From a virus, in the IMG/VR virus record IMGVR_UViG_3300048694_001005, positions 1 through 64,000 of that record: a DNA stretch of 64,000 nucleotides; one strand, given 5' to 3'. Both the position numbers and the translations under genes were made by a program. Under the pieces are notes generated by a model. It did not search any database, was not told the DNA's origin, and was given only the letters and a program-made list of their open reading frames with translations. Within the stretch, counting starts at the first letter, position 1; the number at the start of each line of letters is the position of its first letter. Below are positions 28,072 to 38,066 of this stretch, piece by piece.

Positions 28072-28294
28072 TTATGTCGTCAAATGTTTTTCCGCTCTGT
28101 TTTAAGACTTTTTCCATTTGTATTGCTAGTCTGCGCTGATGCTCGGCTCTATAATCTTCCAAAAACATCATAATTTGATGGCTTACTGGACTGCCTACTC
28201 TGTAAGCTGCTGTCAATTTTGTATCCAAATCTGCTATTTTATCTGATAATTCTTTATCAGTTAACCCAGATAGGTTTTGAGTCAGCGGATGCAT
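28058..28294 (-). CDS. Hypothetical protein
   Basis: ORF track. Confidence 0.6.
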   Translation of the reverse strand: MHPLTQNLSGLTDKELSDKIADLDTKLTAAYRVGSPVSHQIMMFLEDYRAEHQRRLAIQMEKVLKQSGKTFDDIIDIK

Positions 28295-28296
28295 TG

Positions 28297-29034
28297 TTAT
28301 ACTGCTGCTAGTGAAGCCTTATACCAAATATGAGTACTGCCATCATAATAACCATTACAAATATATAACCAGCCAGCACCAGGATTATATGCCATCATGC
28401 CAGGGACGTCGCCCTGTTGTCCGGTTGATGTTGGAGTCCGAGTGGTTGCGCCCAATGGTTTTTGTCTACTTAGATCAAAAATGATATAGTTTGTGCCGCC
28501 ATCAGTTGTGCTAATTTCGTAAACGAATCTTCCGGTCTCATCAAACGTTAATACATTACTGTTAGTTAGGTTTCTCACATAAGCGTTACCAACTGTCACA
28601 CTAGCAGGCAAAGTAACAGTGTAACCGGTATTAGTTACCGTCATGTCTAATCTAACACGACCCAACTGTCCTGCTGCTGGAAAGTTAGTAAAACTAAGCG
28701 TAGTACTATTAGCTATTGTCATAGTATGATAATGACCAGCTTTGTGATTAATTGCTAAGGCACCGCTTACATTACCTTGGGCAACAATAGTTTCCCTAAA
28801 ATCAACAATTTGAGCACCAGACATAGCAGAACCAGCGAAATCATTGTTGAGCGTTGTTCCGGTCAATGCGCTTTTTAATACCGCTTTGGTTTGCAAATCG
28901 GTAATTTCAGTCTGAGCGTATGTAAAATTATTCTTTATATTAGTAAAATTGTCCCTAAACCCCTGGCTGTCATTATCCTGTCCTGCGATAGGATAAGTAC
29001 CGTCTATATTTGCTGGGTTAATATTTGATGACAT
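28297..29034 (-). CDS. Putative virion/tail protein
   Basis: Thr/Gly/Asn-rich beta-type composition; late box 29056-29062; follows a baseplate-like gene. Confidence 0.55.
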   Translation of the reverse strand: MSSNINPANIDGTYPIAGQDNDSQGFRDNFTNIKNNFTYAQTEITDLQTKAVLKSALTGTTLNNDFAGSAMSGAQIVDFRETIVAQGNVSGALAINHKAGHYHTMTIANSTTLSFTNFPAAGQLGRVRLDMTVTNTGYTVTLPASVTVGNAYVRNLTNSNVLTFDETGRFVYEISTTDGGTNYIIFDLSRQKPLGATTRTPTSTGQQGDVPGMMAYNPGAGWLYICNGYYDGSTHIWYKASLAAV

Positions 29035-29061
29035 CGTTTATCTCCATTAATATTATATTTA

Positions 29062-31752
29062 TTATCTTAAAACATTTGTTCGAGGATACTTTAAATAAGC
29101 ATCATTTTGATCTAGTTTGGCATACGAATCCCTGTAGGGGAAGAAATGCATGCTATTTTGATCAAAAGTGGTGCGGTTGTAATTGGGCAAACTAGCTGGA
29201 TCGTTTATTAGATCATTGTATGGATACTCCAAAGTACTATGATCAATACCCAAAACTGGTGTCACAAAATCCACAGGCTGCGGATATACTAAACTGCTGC
29301 CATCAACACTAAGAGCATACAAATACTTGCGACTATAGACATCAAATGTTGTTTCACGATCATGTAGGAATTTGCCAGTTGCCTTGTCAAAGTTACTGCT
29401 TAAGTTGTTATCCCAAACATAACGCTCAATTTGTACATTTAATTGTTTAAAATCAAAACCACTTTCACGTATTCTAAATGCTATTTTATCTGCGGTTCCT
29501 GGCTTCACATAAGCTAAGACACAACCTGTTGTAAATCCTAAAATACGTCCATCTGGCTGCTTTTGTGCCATCCAGTCTGGTAAAGCTTTGTTAGTTTGTC
29601 CCAATGTGTCTATAATGTGTCGACGCATGTTATAAAAGTTGTTTGGGTAGACATATTTAATACCATCCACCGTGAAGTATTGTTCGTCCACAGTGACATC
29701 ATTCATATCCACCGTTTCTGGTATGTTACTGGTTTTTACGTTTACTGCTGCTGATACATTTTGTCCTTTGCTATTACGCAAATCATCTAATATATCAACA
29801 TATACTACTTCATATCTAACGGTGGCATCTGGGTCGTAGACCTTTGCTGTCTTAATTTCACCAAATAAGAAACGTTTACCGTAATGTTTTATATTCATTG
29901 CACTGACATAGTCAGCTGCCACTGCAGGATTGACGCCATTTGCTAATAACATTCTTAGATTACTTGATAAGCCAAAATAAGAATCATCAGGTCTATATAG
30001 ATCCGCCGTGGGTATTATATTGTTATTTCCCAGTAAAGTCTGTAGTGTGTCGCGATCTGAGCGCGCCATAGCTGCAACCATATATAAGTTTTCATATGGA
30101 GTTTTATTGATTTGCGCCAAGCGTAAACTAAAAGTTCTATAACTATTAGCCGTGCCTTCGTTATCATAGGCTCTAACTGTAAATTGATATATTTGGTCAA
30201 AAGTAGTTTCATCTACAACAAAACTATTTGCATCAAATGTTGTTTGCCCACTATCTATCAAAAATGTACTAAATGTTGCTCTGCCGCGAATCACACCATT
30301 TGTTTCTAATTGTAAACCTGCAGGCAGCCTATTGTACTGTCCCTGCGCTAATTCGTAGTACAAGGTATGACTATTATCAGCACTGGCTGTCACAAATAAT
30401 TCACTTACTGAACCGTTTGCAATAGATCCTAAATCTATATTCGTCGCCCAAGTTACTTTGGCAAGATTTTGTCCTAATACTGTAAGTTGTACTAGTCGTC
30501 TAGCTTGATAGTAACTTATTGTGCTGCCATCCATCTCTGTATAGAAAACTTGATCTTTGTATACTTTTACATAAAATTGGTAAGTTACGGAAAGTTCGCT
30601 TTGAAACGGAATATATCCTGTTAACCAGCCAGTGTCTGGATCTAAACTTAAACCAGGAGGCAGTGATAAACCACCTGGATCAAAAGCGGTCGTGTCAAAA
30701 GGTGTTGCATCAAAGCCGTCCGAAGAACCCAAGTCCAATGCGTATTTTATACTGTCGTTATCCCAGTCTAATCCATCAAACTTGTACATGAAATAATTGT
30801 CATGTGTGTATGGGCCGATTTCTCCATTGGCTGGCAAAACGTTTAACAATATAGGATTATATTTGATAACTTGGTCAATTGTAGCTTGATCTAAGTCAGC
30901 AGTTATTTGATCTGAGCTTGCATCTAATAAACCGCTGCATATAACCGCCATGGTAAATGGTCTAGCATCAGTCAACTTGCCATCGTTTACTGTGATGGTA
31001 AAGTTGTAGTGTTTAATTGCTAAAGTTCTAATAGGTGTAATGTAACCAGACACTATACCTGTTGTTTGATCTAAGGATAGTCCCGGCGGTAATGCGCCAG
31101 CAGAGATATACCATGTTAATGTATCTCCCGGTAAATCTAGATCTAATGTTGCTATATTAGTAGAAAAATACTTACCATCTTGAAATGTACCAAGGTCGCT
31201 AGTGGTTAATATTTGTGGTGCATTTTCACCTATTACTGTAATACTAAATGTTCTATCTGCTACGATGCTGCCACTGCGATATACCGATACCACCAGCGTC
31301 TTACCCACAGCCACAGGCTCATTCATAGTCACAGTTAAAATTTGGTTTACTATTTTGTAAGATGCGGTGCGTGGCTCCTGGTTAACTAACGTGATAACTT
31401 TGTACACCGAAAAATTAACGGGATCATCTAATGTAAATTTTGTAGTTGTCCCGTCACCTGTAAATTCTTGATATACGTCTGACGCCTGTGCTCTTACTGC
31501 AAATTGACTAGTGCTGGCCTGGCTTACATTGGCTGGTACACCTGCTACTTTAATTACTGTCTCTGGGTTACCCTGTATTGCACCATAGGGATTAATATGC
31601 ATACCAGTGGGTGTTTGGCCAGCTACCAACTCAAAACTCACAGGTCGCAATGGATCTATGCTGTCATAAGCTTTTAATTCAAATTGGAAATAATTTAGTT
31701 CCGGAATGGTTCCCAAATCGCCCGAAGGTGTTTCCCAAACAGGTGCCGCCAT
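29062..31752 (-). CDS. Baseplate/tail structural protein with repeated Ig-like domains
   Basis: Repeats of LPPGLSLD..TG.I.G (putative Ig); late box 31780-31787. Confidence 0.65.
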   Translation of the reverse strand: MAAPVWETPSGDLGTIPELNYFQFELKAYDSIDPLRPVSFELVAGQTPTGMHINPYGAIQGNPETVIKVAGVPANVSQASTSQFAVRAQASDVYQEFTGDGTTTKFTLDDPVNFSVYKVITLVNQEPRTASYKIVNQILTVTMNEPVAVGKTLVVSVYRSGSIVADRTFSITVIGENAPQILTTSDLGTFQDGKYFSTNIATLDLDLPGDTLTWYISAGALPPGLSLDQTTGIVSGYITPIRTLAIKHYNFTITVNDGKLTDARPFTMAVICSGLLDASSDQITADLDQATIDQVIKYNPILLNVLPANGEIGPYTHDNYFMYKFDGLDWDNDSIKYALDLGSSDGFDATPFDTTAFDPGGLSLPPGLSLDPDTGWLTGYIPFQSELSVTYQFYVKVYKDQVFYTEMDGSTISYYQARRLVQLTVLGQNLAKVTWATNIDLGSIANGSVSELFVTASADNSHTLYYELAQGQYNRLPAGLQLETNGVIRGRATFSTFLIDSGQTTFDANSFVVDETTFDQIYQFTVRAYDNEGTANSYRTFSLRLAQINKTPYENLYMVAAMARSDRDTLQTLLGNNNIIPTADLYRPDDSYFGLSSNLRMLLANGVNPAVAADYVSAMNIKHYGKRFLFGEIKTAKVYDPDATVRYEVVYVDILDDLRNSKGQNVSAAVNVKTSNIPETVDMNDVTVDEQYFTVDGIKYVYPNNFYNMRRHIIDTLGQTNKALPDWMAQKQPDGRILGFTTGCVLAYVKPGTADKIAFRIRESGFDFKQLNVQIERYVWDNNLSSNFDKATGKFLHDRETTFDVYSRKYLYALSVDGSSLVYPQPVDFVTPVLGIDHSTLEYPYNDLINDPASLPNYNRTTFDQNSMHFFPYRDSYAKLDQNDAYLKYPRTNVLR

Positions 31753-31778
31753 AAGTCTTGATACCTTTTGTAATATAG

Positions 31779-32408
31779 TTATTTATGGCTATCCACAAAT
31801 TGTTCTAGCGGCAGATGTTTTAAATTAGATAATTGTGCAAAAATAGGCGGGATAAACGCATTTGATAACACTACTCTTATATACTGACGGTTTTTATGTG
31901 CCGCTATTATGGTACGTACTTGATCAACCCAATTACCAAAATAAGTTTCCGGCATGTCACTACGTTTATAATGAGTAGTATCAGCGTATAAGTTATTAAA
32001 GCGACCATTAATGCCGCTAAAATCAAAGCCCAACAAGTAAATGGGATCACAGTTTTCCATACTGGCATAGCTGATAGCAATAGGGCCGCTACTGTAACCA
32101 AAGTTATATTGAATACGTTCAGCACCTTTATTGGGCAGTGGGCTTCTAGTATAAAACTCATGCTGTAGGGCATATCCGCTGTTTTGTATTTCGGTGCTAA
32201 TACCAGGATCTGTTGCTATTAATACGTCCGGCGCAAAATCTCTATAAAGAGCATTGCAGCCATAAATTTTGCCATACTTACGCAAATTATTAAGCTCTAT
32301 AGTGCGACGAGATGTGCCGTTACCTAAAACAAATGCGGTTGTCATAATGAAAAAGCCACAGTATTTACACTGTGGCTTAGTGTTGCATATACTTGTACGA
32401 TTACGCAC
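31779..32408 (-). CDS. Maf/MptE-like (glycosyltransferase-related) protein
   Basis: AFVLGNGTSR, YGCNALYRDF, IYLLGFDF motifs. Likely start 32345. Confidence 0.55.
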   Translation of the reverse strand: MRNRTSICNTKPQCKYCGFFIMTTAFVLGNGTSRRTIELNNLRKYGKIYGCNALYRDFAPDVLIATDPGISTEIQNSGYALQHEFYTRSPLPNKGAERIQYNFGYSSGPIAISYASMENCDPIYLLGFDFSGINGRFNNLYADTTHYKRSDMPETYFGNWVDQVRTIIAAHKNRQYIRVVLSNAFIPPIFAQLSNLKHLPLEQFVDSHK

Positions 32409-32850
32409 CAGTAATAATTACGCTTAGTCCAGTTTCAGCTGCGGTTAAATTCCAAGCTACGCTAGCACCATCTGCGAACTCCCAACCACTGGCGCCATAT
32501 TGCACCAATGTGGCTTTGCGTCCGGAAATTTTGCTTACATAGTAAGTTTTACCGCTGTTATCAGTAGCAAACATTCTAAATTCACCTGCTGCTGGTGAAG
32601 TAGTTACTAGTTTACAAATACCAGTACCATCTGTGGCATTCACGCATGTAAAACGCTTGCTGCCTTTTTGATTCAAAAGATAGCTAGTACGTGCTGCTGT
32701 GCCGCCTGAACCACTGATCCAGTCTGTGCTGGTATTAGGTGGTAGGTATGCTGTTACTTGAATCTGATTACCTGTTTGGCTTGTGTTACCAATAGCACCG
32801 ACTTTCAATGTGCCTTCAACTGTTTCCGTCAATTTAAGTGGACGTCCCAT
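32401..32850 (-). CDS. Putative structural protein
   Basis: ORF track; AAGGAG SD; late box 32933-32939. Confidence 0.6.
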   Translation of the reverse strand: MGRPLKLTETVEGTLKVGAIGNTSQTGNQIQVTAYLPPNTSTDWISGSGGTAARTSYLLNQKGSKRFTCVNATDGTGICKLVTTSPAAGEFRMFATDNSGKTYYVSKISGRKATLVQYGASGWEFADGASVAWNLTAAETGLSVIITGA

Positions 32851-32941
32851 TTTGTTGTCTCCTTATGTGGCGTTCTAGGCCCTACGCGGTGGGTACCGCA
32901 TAAATCCGCTAAACCTATTCTAGCGGATACAGTATTTAGCT

Positions 32942-33238
32942 TTAATGCTGTTTTGACAGCAATACTAAAAGGAGATTTTGCTGTATAGGATACAGGATAT
33001 CGTTGGCTTCGCGCAGTTTTTCATCATATCGCTGCTGTATGTGCACATTACCAGGCTTGAGTTTGAATCCCACAGCAATTTGGCTAGCTTCACGAATCTT
33101 GGTATCAATTGCTCGTATCACTACGGCAAAATCGCGTCTATATTCTACATTGTTTTTAGCCAGTTGACTTAACGCTGCACGTATTTCGTACCAGTGTTCA
33201 GGACTGTCTATTGTTGTGCTGAGTATGTCAAGATCCAT
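32942..33238 (-). CDS. Hypothetical protein
   Basis: ORF track. Confidence 0.5.
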   Translation of the reverse strand: MDLDILSTTIDSPEHWYEIRAALSQLAKNNVEYRRDFAVVIRAIDTKIREASQIAVGFKLKPGNVHIQQRYDEKLREANDILYPIQQNLLLVLLSKQH

Positions 33239-33245
33239 ATAAATA
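33238..33245 (+). promoter_or_regulatory. Late promoter TATAAATA of the endolysin operon
   Basis: Exact T4 late consensus 21 nt upstream of ATG 33267. Confidence 0.75.
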
Positions 33246-33266
33246 TAAGAAATAAGGAGAAACTCA

Positions 33267-34106
33267 ATGAAATTTAACTTTACCCAAGATCAAATCACTC
33301 ACATCATGCCTAAAAATAAGGAAGTCGCAGATTGGTTTAAGGCTATGTCAGAAACACTGCCAAAATTTGGCATTGACACTGAGCTGCGAGTAGCTGGTTT
33401 TTTGGCACAATGTATACATGAAAGTGCTGGATTCACTATACTTCAAGAAAACCTCAATTATAGCGCAGATGGCTTGGGTAAAATTTTCCCTAAATACTTT
33501 GCTAATGTTAACGCAAATGACTACGCACGTCAACCGGAAAAAATAGCTAATCGTGTATATAGCAGCCGCATGGGCAACGGTGACGAAGCCAGCGGTGACG
33601 GCTATCGTTTTAGAGGTCGTGGTCCTATACAATTGACTGGCAAGGACAATTACACTCATTGCAGCCAGGATGTTTATGGTGATGATCGCTTGGTACGTGA
33701 CCCTGATCTCGTTACCAAAGACAAAAGTGCCGCACTTAGCACCGCTTGTTGGTTTTGGAAGAAGAATGGGTTAAATGAGATTGCTGATCGTGGTGATGTT
33801 GTGGCTATGACCAAACGTGTGAACGGTGGTACCATTGGACTAGACGATCGTAAAAAGCACTATGAGGAAGCTCTGGCGGTATTTGGTGGCAAGGTACCTG
33901 CACACACCACCGCGGTGCTGACAGAAAGCTTACGTGTTGGTAGCCGTGGCGATGCTGTAGCCGCGGTACAAACTAAACTGGGATTGACCGCTGATGGCGC
34001 ATTTGGTCCCGGTACCGAAGCTGCGGTAAAGAAGTGGCAAGCCGCCAATGGCCTCACTGCTGATGGTGTTGTTGGCCCTGCTACTTACAGCAAATTGATA
34101 GGCTGA
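33267..34106 (+). CDS. Endolysin: GH19 (chitinase-class lysozyme) with C-terminal peptidoglycan-binding domain
   Basis: FLAQCIHES, ENLNYS, FRGRGPIQLTGKDNY, VNGG; PGBD LGLTADGAFGPGTEAAVKKWQ...ADGVVGP. Confidence 0.9.
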   Translation: MKFNFTQDQITHIMPKNKEVADWFKAMSETLPKFGIDTELRVAGFLAQCIHESAGFTILQENLNYSADGLGKIFPKYFANVNANDYARQPEKIANRVYSSRMGNGDEASGDGYRFRGRGPIQLTGKDNYTHCSQDVYGDDRLVRDPDLVTKDKSAALSTACWFWKKNGLNEIADRGDVVAMTKRVNGGTIGLDDRKKHYEEALAVFGGKVPAHTTAVLTESLRVGSRGDAVAAVQTKLGLTADGAFGPGTEAAVKKWQAANGLTADGVVGPATYSKLIG

Positions 34107-34117
34107 CAGGGTAGTAC

Positions 34118-35218
34118 ATGCGAGCCAAAGAATTTATTTTTGAAAAGGTAGGATTTGATACCGACAATATTCGTTTGGTTCGAGTACAGCCTGACTTGAA
34201 TGGGATTGGACACGACCAGCACGGTATTTTTATATATAGGTATGGTGATAGCGATCGAAACACGATACACTTTGTTGTAAATGGCGTAGTAGCTGGTCAT
34301 GAAATGGGAAACTGGGACAACGCAGTAGTAGCTATAATTGCAAACCCAAAAGAAATTAAGGCTCCAATGTCTGGTGCTAGACTGGAAGACACATGGTATA
34401 ATGTGGACAAGGATGGAAAATTATATATTGGAAAGGCAGTTATTTTAGTCCCACAGGGTATGGATAATCCAAACAAATTGCCGATTGAATTTTATTCCGG
34501 TGATAGAAACCAAGCTGTGTTTCAATATCTGCAATCGCAAGGAATAGATCCACTGGACATTGGTAGGAATTCTGTAGCTGAATTAGATATGACTGATTAT
34601 TCTGATACTGTAAATGATATCATAATGAAATATGGTGCTGCTGGAGAAACCACCCAAGATCAGCATTTCAACACCTTTGACAGTCACCTAGAAGGCTCTG
34701 TAAAACGTCTTTCTCTAGCATTAAAATCTGCGAAAACAGAGAGTTATCGTTTTACCAATAATCAAAGTGTCGAAGTTAATTATACAGATTGGGTTAGAGA
34801 AACAATTACAGATATCATAAAACAACTAGATGATTATATAAGAAAAAATCCAAAGATTGCCGCGCATGCATCTGCATATCATCAAAAAGTACGCAGCCAA
34901 CTGCAACAGTTGGCAAAACAATCACAGGAAATAGATAAACGATACGAAAATAGTGGCTTTTTATTAATTGTGCCTGGGCAAAAAACACAAGGCCCAATGT
35001 CATGGGATCAACTCTCTAACCAGGTTATAAGATATCAACAGCTATATCCGGGTTCACCACAACAGTTGCATGTGGCACGTAATTGGCCTAATAACGGGCA
35101 GCCTTATGATTTACTAGACTCGACCGCAGCCGAAATATTTAATAAAGAGCTGGCCCCATATATGAAAACTACCCCACCACCACTGCCAACAAATAATGCG
35201 ACTGTGGATAAAAAATAA
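34118..35218 (+). CDS. Hypothetical protein with capsid-targeting-like N-terminus
   Basis: N-terminus MRAKEFIFE. Confidence 0.6.
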   Translation: MRAKEFIFEKVGFDTDNIRLVRVQPDLNGIGHDQHGIFIYRYGDSDRNTIHFVVNGVVAGHEMGNWDNAVVAIIANPKEIKAPMSGARLEDTWYNVDKDGKLYIGKAVILVPQGMDNPNKLPIEFYSGDRNQAVFQYLQSQGIDPLDIGRNSVAELDMTDYSDTVNDIIMKYGAAGETTQDQHFNTFDSHLEGSVKRLSLALKSAKTESYRFTNNQSVEVNYTDWVRETITDIIKQLDDYIRKNPKIAAHASAYHQKVRSQLQQLAKQSQEIDKRYENSGFLLIVPGQKTQGPMSWDQLSNQVIRYQQLYPGSPQQLHVARNWPNNGQPYDLLDSTAAEIFNKELAPYMKTTPPPLPTNNATVDKK

Positions 35219-35904
35219 TGAGAGCCAGAGAAATCACCGAGGGTCTAGCACATCCAGTAATATGTGTTGATGTGCAGCCTGAATACTGCGGCATCGCTGA
35301 TGGTGATGAAAGTCCAGTTTGCGTCGACATCATTAAATTTGTGGTGCGGCAAACTGGACCTGTGCTGATGTTTGTTAATGCCGAAGAGCAAGGGCTCAGT
35401 GGTGATACCGTGCAAAGCATAAAGCAATACTGGGACAATACCATTTGTCCAGAAGAAGAACGATATAACTATGACGATACTACTGACGAATATAGGGAAA
35501 ATCCCAATTGCCCCTCAGTTGATTGGCGCAGGTTTACCATAGTAGACAAGGGATATGGATATTTTAGGTCATGGATGGACGTGGGCATTAGTCCCGCAAC
35601 AATTATACGTGTGATTAGACTACTTTATCAAAACAAACTCACTGACAGTAGAGAACTATTTGGTGGCGAGGGCTCTGATGACTATGACATCAATATGCGA
35701 GCCTTGATAGGATCAGAATTTAGGCCCTGGATGCTGGACGATCCCATTAGTGTAAACTGGACCAGTGTTGCACAACTAAAACGCTTTAGTGGTGCTTATT
35801 TGGTGGGTGGCGCACGTGATAGATGTTTACGTGAAGTTGAACTATTAATGAATGCTTTCAATATTAGATACCGACGTATCGACCATTTGGTGTATGACCC
35901 ATGA
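35218..35904 (+). CDS. Cysteine hydrolase (isochorismatase/nicotinamidase-like) with capsid-targeting-like N-terminus
   Basis: MRAREITE; VICVDVQPEY (DxQ) and LVGGARDRCL (catalytic Cys position). Confidence 0.55.
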   Translation: MRAREITEGLAHPVICVDVQPEYCGIADGDESPVCVDIIKFVVRQTGPVLMFVNAEEQGLSGDTVQSIKQYWDNTICPEEERYNYDDTTDEYRENPNCPSVDWRRFTIVDKGYGYFRSWMDVGISPATIIRVIRLLYQNKLTDSRELFGGEGSDDYDINMRALIGSEFRPWMLDDPISVNWTSVAQLKRFSGAYLVGGARDRCLREVELLMNAFNIRYRRIDHLVYDP

Positions 35905-37301
35905 GACAACAAAATTTATTTGAGCGCGCCAGTCCTGTATTATATCACTATACCAGTGCATATAATGCATTAGACATCATCAAGAACAACAGATTCCAAT
36001 TGGCCATAAGCATTGGTTCGCCCAGCGAAGCTAAACTAGCACCACCTGGCTATAATTATTTTATCAGTTTTACTAGAACGCTGACTGGTGATTATCATCG
36101 CTGGGCCAGCAATGGTGCGGTCATGCTTAATATAGATGGCACGTGGTTTAATGGTCGTTATCCCGTCAAACCTGTAGATTACTGGGAAAGATCCTGGTTA
36201 TATCCTGATAGCGATAGGACCCGTGAAAGTGAAGATCGTGTATTCGCTAGAGAACCAGAGATACCAGCTAACGCAATAACACAGGTACACATATTTTTAC
36301 ATGTTGCTCAGGAGTATAGAAGCTCACAAGTACGACAATTACTCATAGCCTGTAAACTACGCAAGATTCCAGTATTTTTGTACGACAATGAAGCCGCTTG
36401 GCGATTACAGGATACTAGGCGCAGTCAAAAAATTACAGCTAAATTACCTAATCTAAAAGGTATACAACTGCCTGGCTATACTGGTAGATCAAAAAATTAT
36501 CTTGAAGACTGGATTGAATTACTGCACAAAAAAGCAACTAAAGAACTCACAAAAAGTGCGGACAAGCTGCGCTATAATCTGCGATACTATGCACACAAAA
36601 ACGAAGACAATGGTTTAACTACCGAGATAAGCAATGCACGTAAACCAGGCGCTGGCGCAACACGTCGATCTGCAATAGAGATTCTCAATTATATGCGCCA
36701 ACATAGAATCAAGTCAATAATAGAATTCAAAAATATGATTGCTGACAAGTGGGATAAGATTGTTGACCAAGAAAAAGCCTCACAAAAACCCACAACCGAA
36801 ACAGTGAATCCACGTAGACCACTGGCCGTCAAACAGGGTATGGCTACTCGCAGCTTATATTTTAACGAAGGTACTATTGAAAAGATTTGGGGTATGAAGC
36901 GACCACGCAGTTTAACTTCACTGCAAACTGCATTGGATATGCTATGGGACCACTATGCTGATATAATAAAAACTCGCCGAAAAAAGCCACAGCTACTTTT
37001 TGGCAAAGGTGCAAAGCACGGTGGCAAATATTTTAGCTACACGCAGGATTTATGGGGCGGTGGGCAACAGATTGTTTTAGCACCAGGCGAGCGAAATCTC
37101 TATGTGCTGGTACATGAGCTAGCCCATGCCCTGGGCGCGATACAGCATGGAGTGCGTTTTGCACAACTTTATCACGATATGCTACAACATGATACGTTTA
37201 AAGAAATGATGTCCACAGAGGATGGACAAAAATTCATGCAATACCTAAAAGTGGAACATCCCAAGCTGGTGCGCCGGGCTTACAGGGGAACTACACGATG
37301 A
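35901..37301 (+). CDS. Two-domain protein: ADP-ribosyltransferase-like N-domain and HExxH metallopeptidase-like C-domain
   Basis: MRQQNLFE; LYHYT, ISFTR, ESEDRV; LVHELAHA...HGVRF. Confidence 0.45.
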   Translation: MRQQNLFERASPVLYHYTSAYNALDIIKNNRFQLAISIGSPSEAKLAPPGYNYFISFTRTLTGDYHRWASNGAVMLNIDGTWFNGRYPVKPVDYWERSWLYPDSDRTRESEDRVFAREPEIPANAITQVHIFLHVAQEYRSSQVRQLLIACKLRKIPVFLYDNEAAWRLQDTRRSQKITAKLPNLKGIQLPGYTGRSKNYLEDWIELLHKKATKELTKSADKLRYNLRYYAHKNEDNGLTTEISNARKPGAGATRRSAIEILNYMRQHRIKSIIEFKNMIADKWDKIVDQEKASQKPTTETVNPRRPLAVKQGMATRSLYFNEGTIEKIWGMKRPRSLTSLQTALDMLWDHYADIIKTRRKKPQLLFGKGAKHGGKYFSYTQDLWGGGQQIVLAPGERNLYVLVHELAHALGAIQHGVRFAQLYHDMLQHDTFKEMMSTEDGQKFMQYLKVEHPKLVRRAYRGTTR

Positions 37302-38053
37302 GACTGAGAGAAATACTGCGAGAAACCGCGGAAGAGATACGAGAAATTGAAGCCATCGCTGGTCTGGTAGCTGATTATCTGGCAAAATTGCAGCAGAGCC
37401 GGGAGCCCTGGCGCATCTTTCGTGCGCTGCCCTTGAAACAGGTGGTACAGCCTCGTTTCCAAAACGCCGCAGTCAATGCAGTTGTGAAGAATGTGTGGGT
37501 GCAGGTAGATGGTCAAATGAAACCCCAAAATCTCGGCTCCTGGAGTCGTTCGGAAAATCGCATTCAAATAAATGCCAGTTTGATCAAGCCCGAGTTGGAT
37601 CGACCCGAGCTGATCAATACACTGGCACACGAGCTTACACATGCCATGGATACCCACAAGGGCATAGCGTTCCGTGGACAGGCCAATATCCACGATGGTG
37701 GCATTGGCGACCAGGAATATCAACACTACCTCAGGCTACAGCACGAAATAGATGCTCGTCTCACAGAAGCCCTGGTTAGCCTGGCACAAGAGATTAAAAA
37801 ATTTCAAGATATTGATGAGCTGTTCGGCCAGCCCGGTCAAGAGGCGCGGTCTCAAGACATCCTGTGGCGTGCTATACAACAGGTATTTGCCCGTAGCAGA
37901 ATCACAGAGTTGTATCCCCAGGGCACTCGAGATCCACGCTATCGCAGACTTTTAAGCCGAGCCTACAAGTTCTATGCCACGCCCCAGGCCGTGGCACAGG
38001 CCACTCAGCCCACATTGATACAACGAGCCCTGGCCTGGCTCAAGGCACGTTAA
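37298..38053 (+). CDS. HExxH zinc metallopeptidase-like protein
   Basis: MRLREILRE; LAHELTHA with distal EIDAR. Confidence 0.55.
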   Translation: MRLREILRETAEEIREIEAIAGLVADYLAKLQQSREPWRIFRALPLKQVVQPRFQNAAVNAVVKNVWVQVDGQMKPQNLGSWSRSENRIQINASLIKPELDRPELINTLAHELTHAMDTHKGIAFRGQANIHDGGIGDQEYQHYLRLQHEIDARLTEALVSLAQEIKKFQDIDELFGQPGQEARSQDILWRAIQQVFARSRITELYPQGTRDPRYRRLLSRAYKFYATPQAVAQATQPTLIQRALAWLKAR

Positions 38054-38066
38054 TCTTGTTTGCTGG

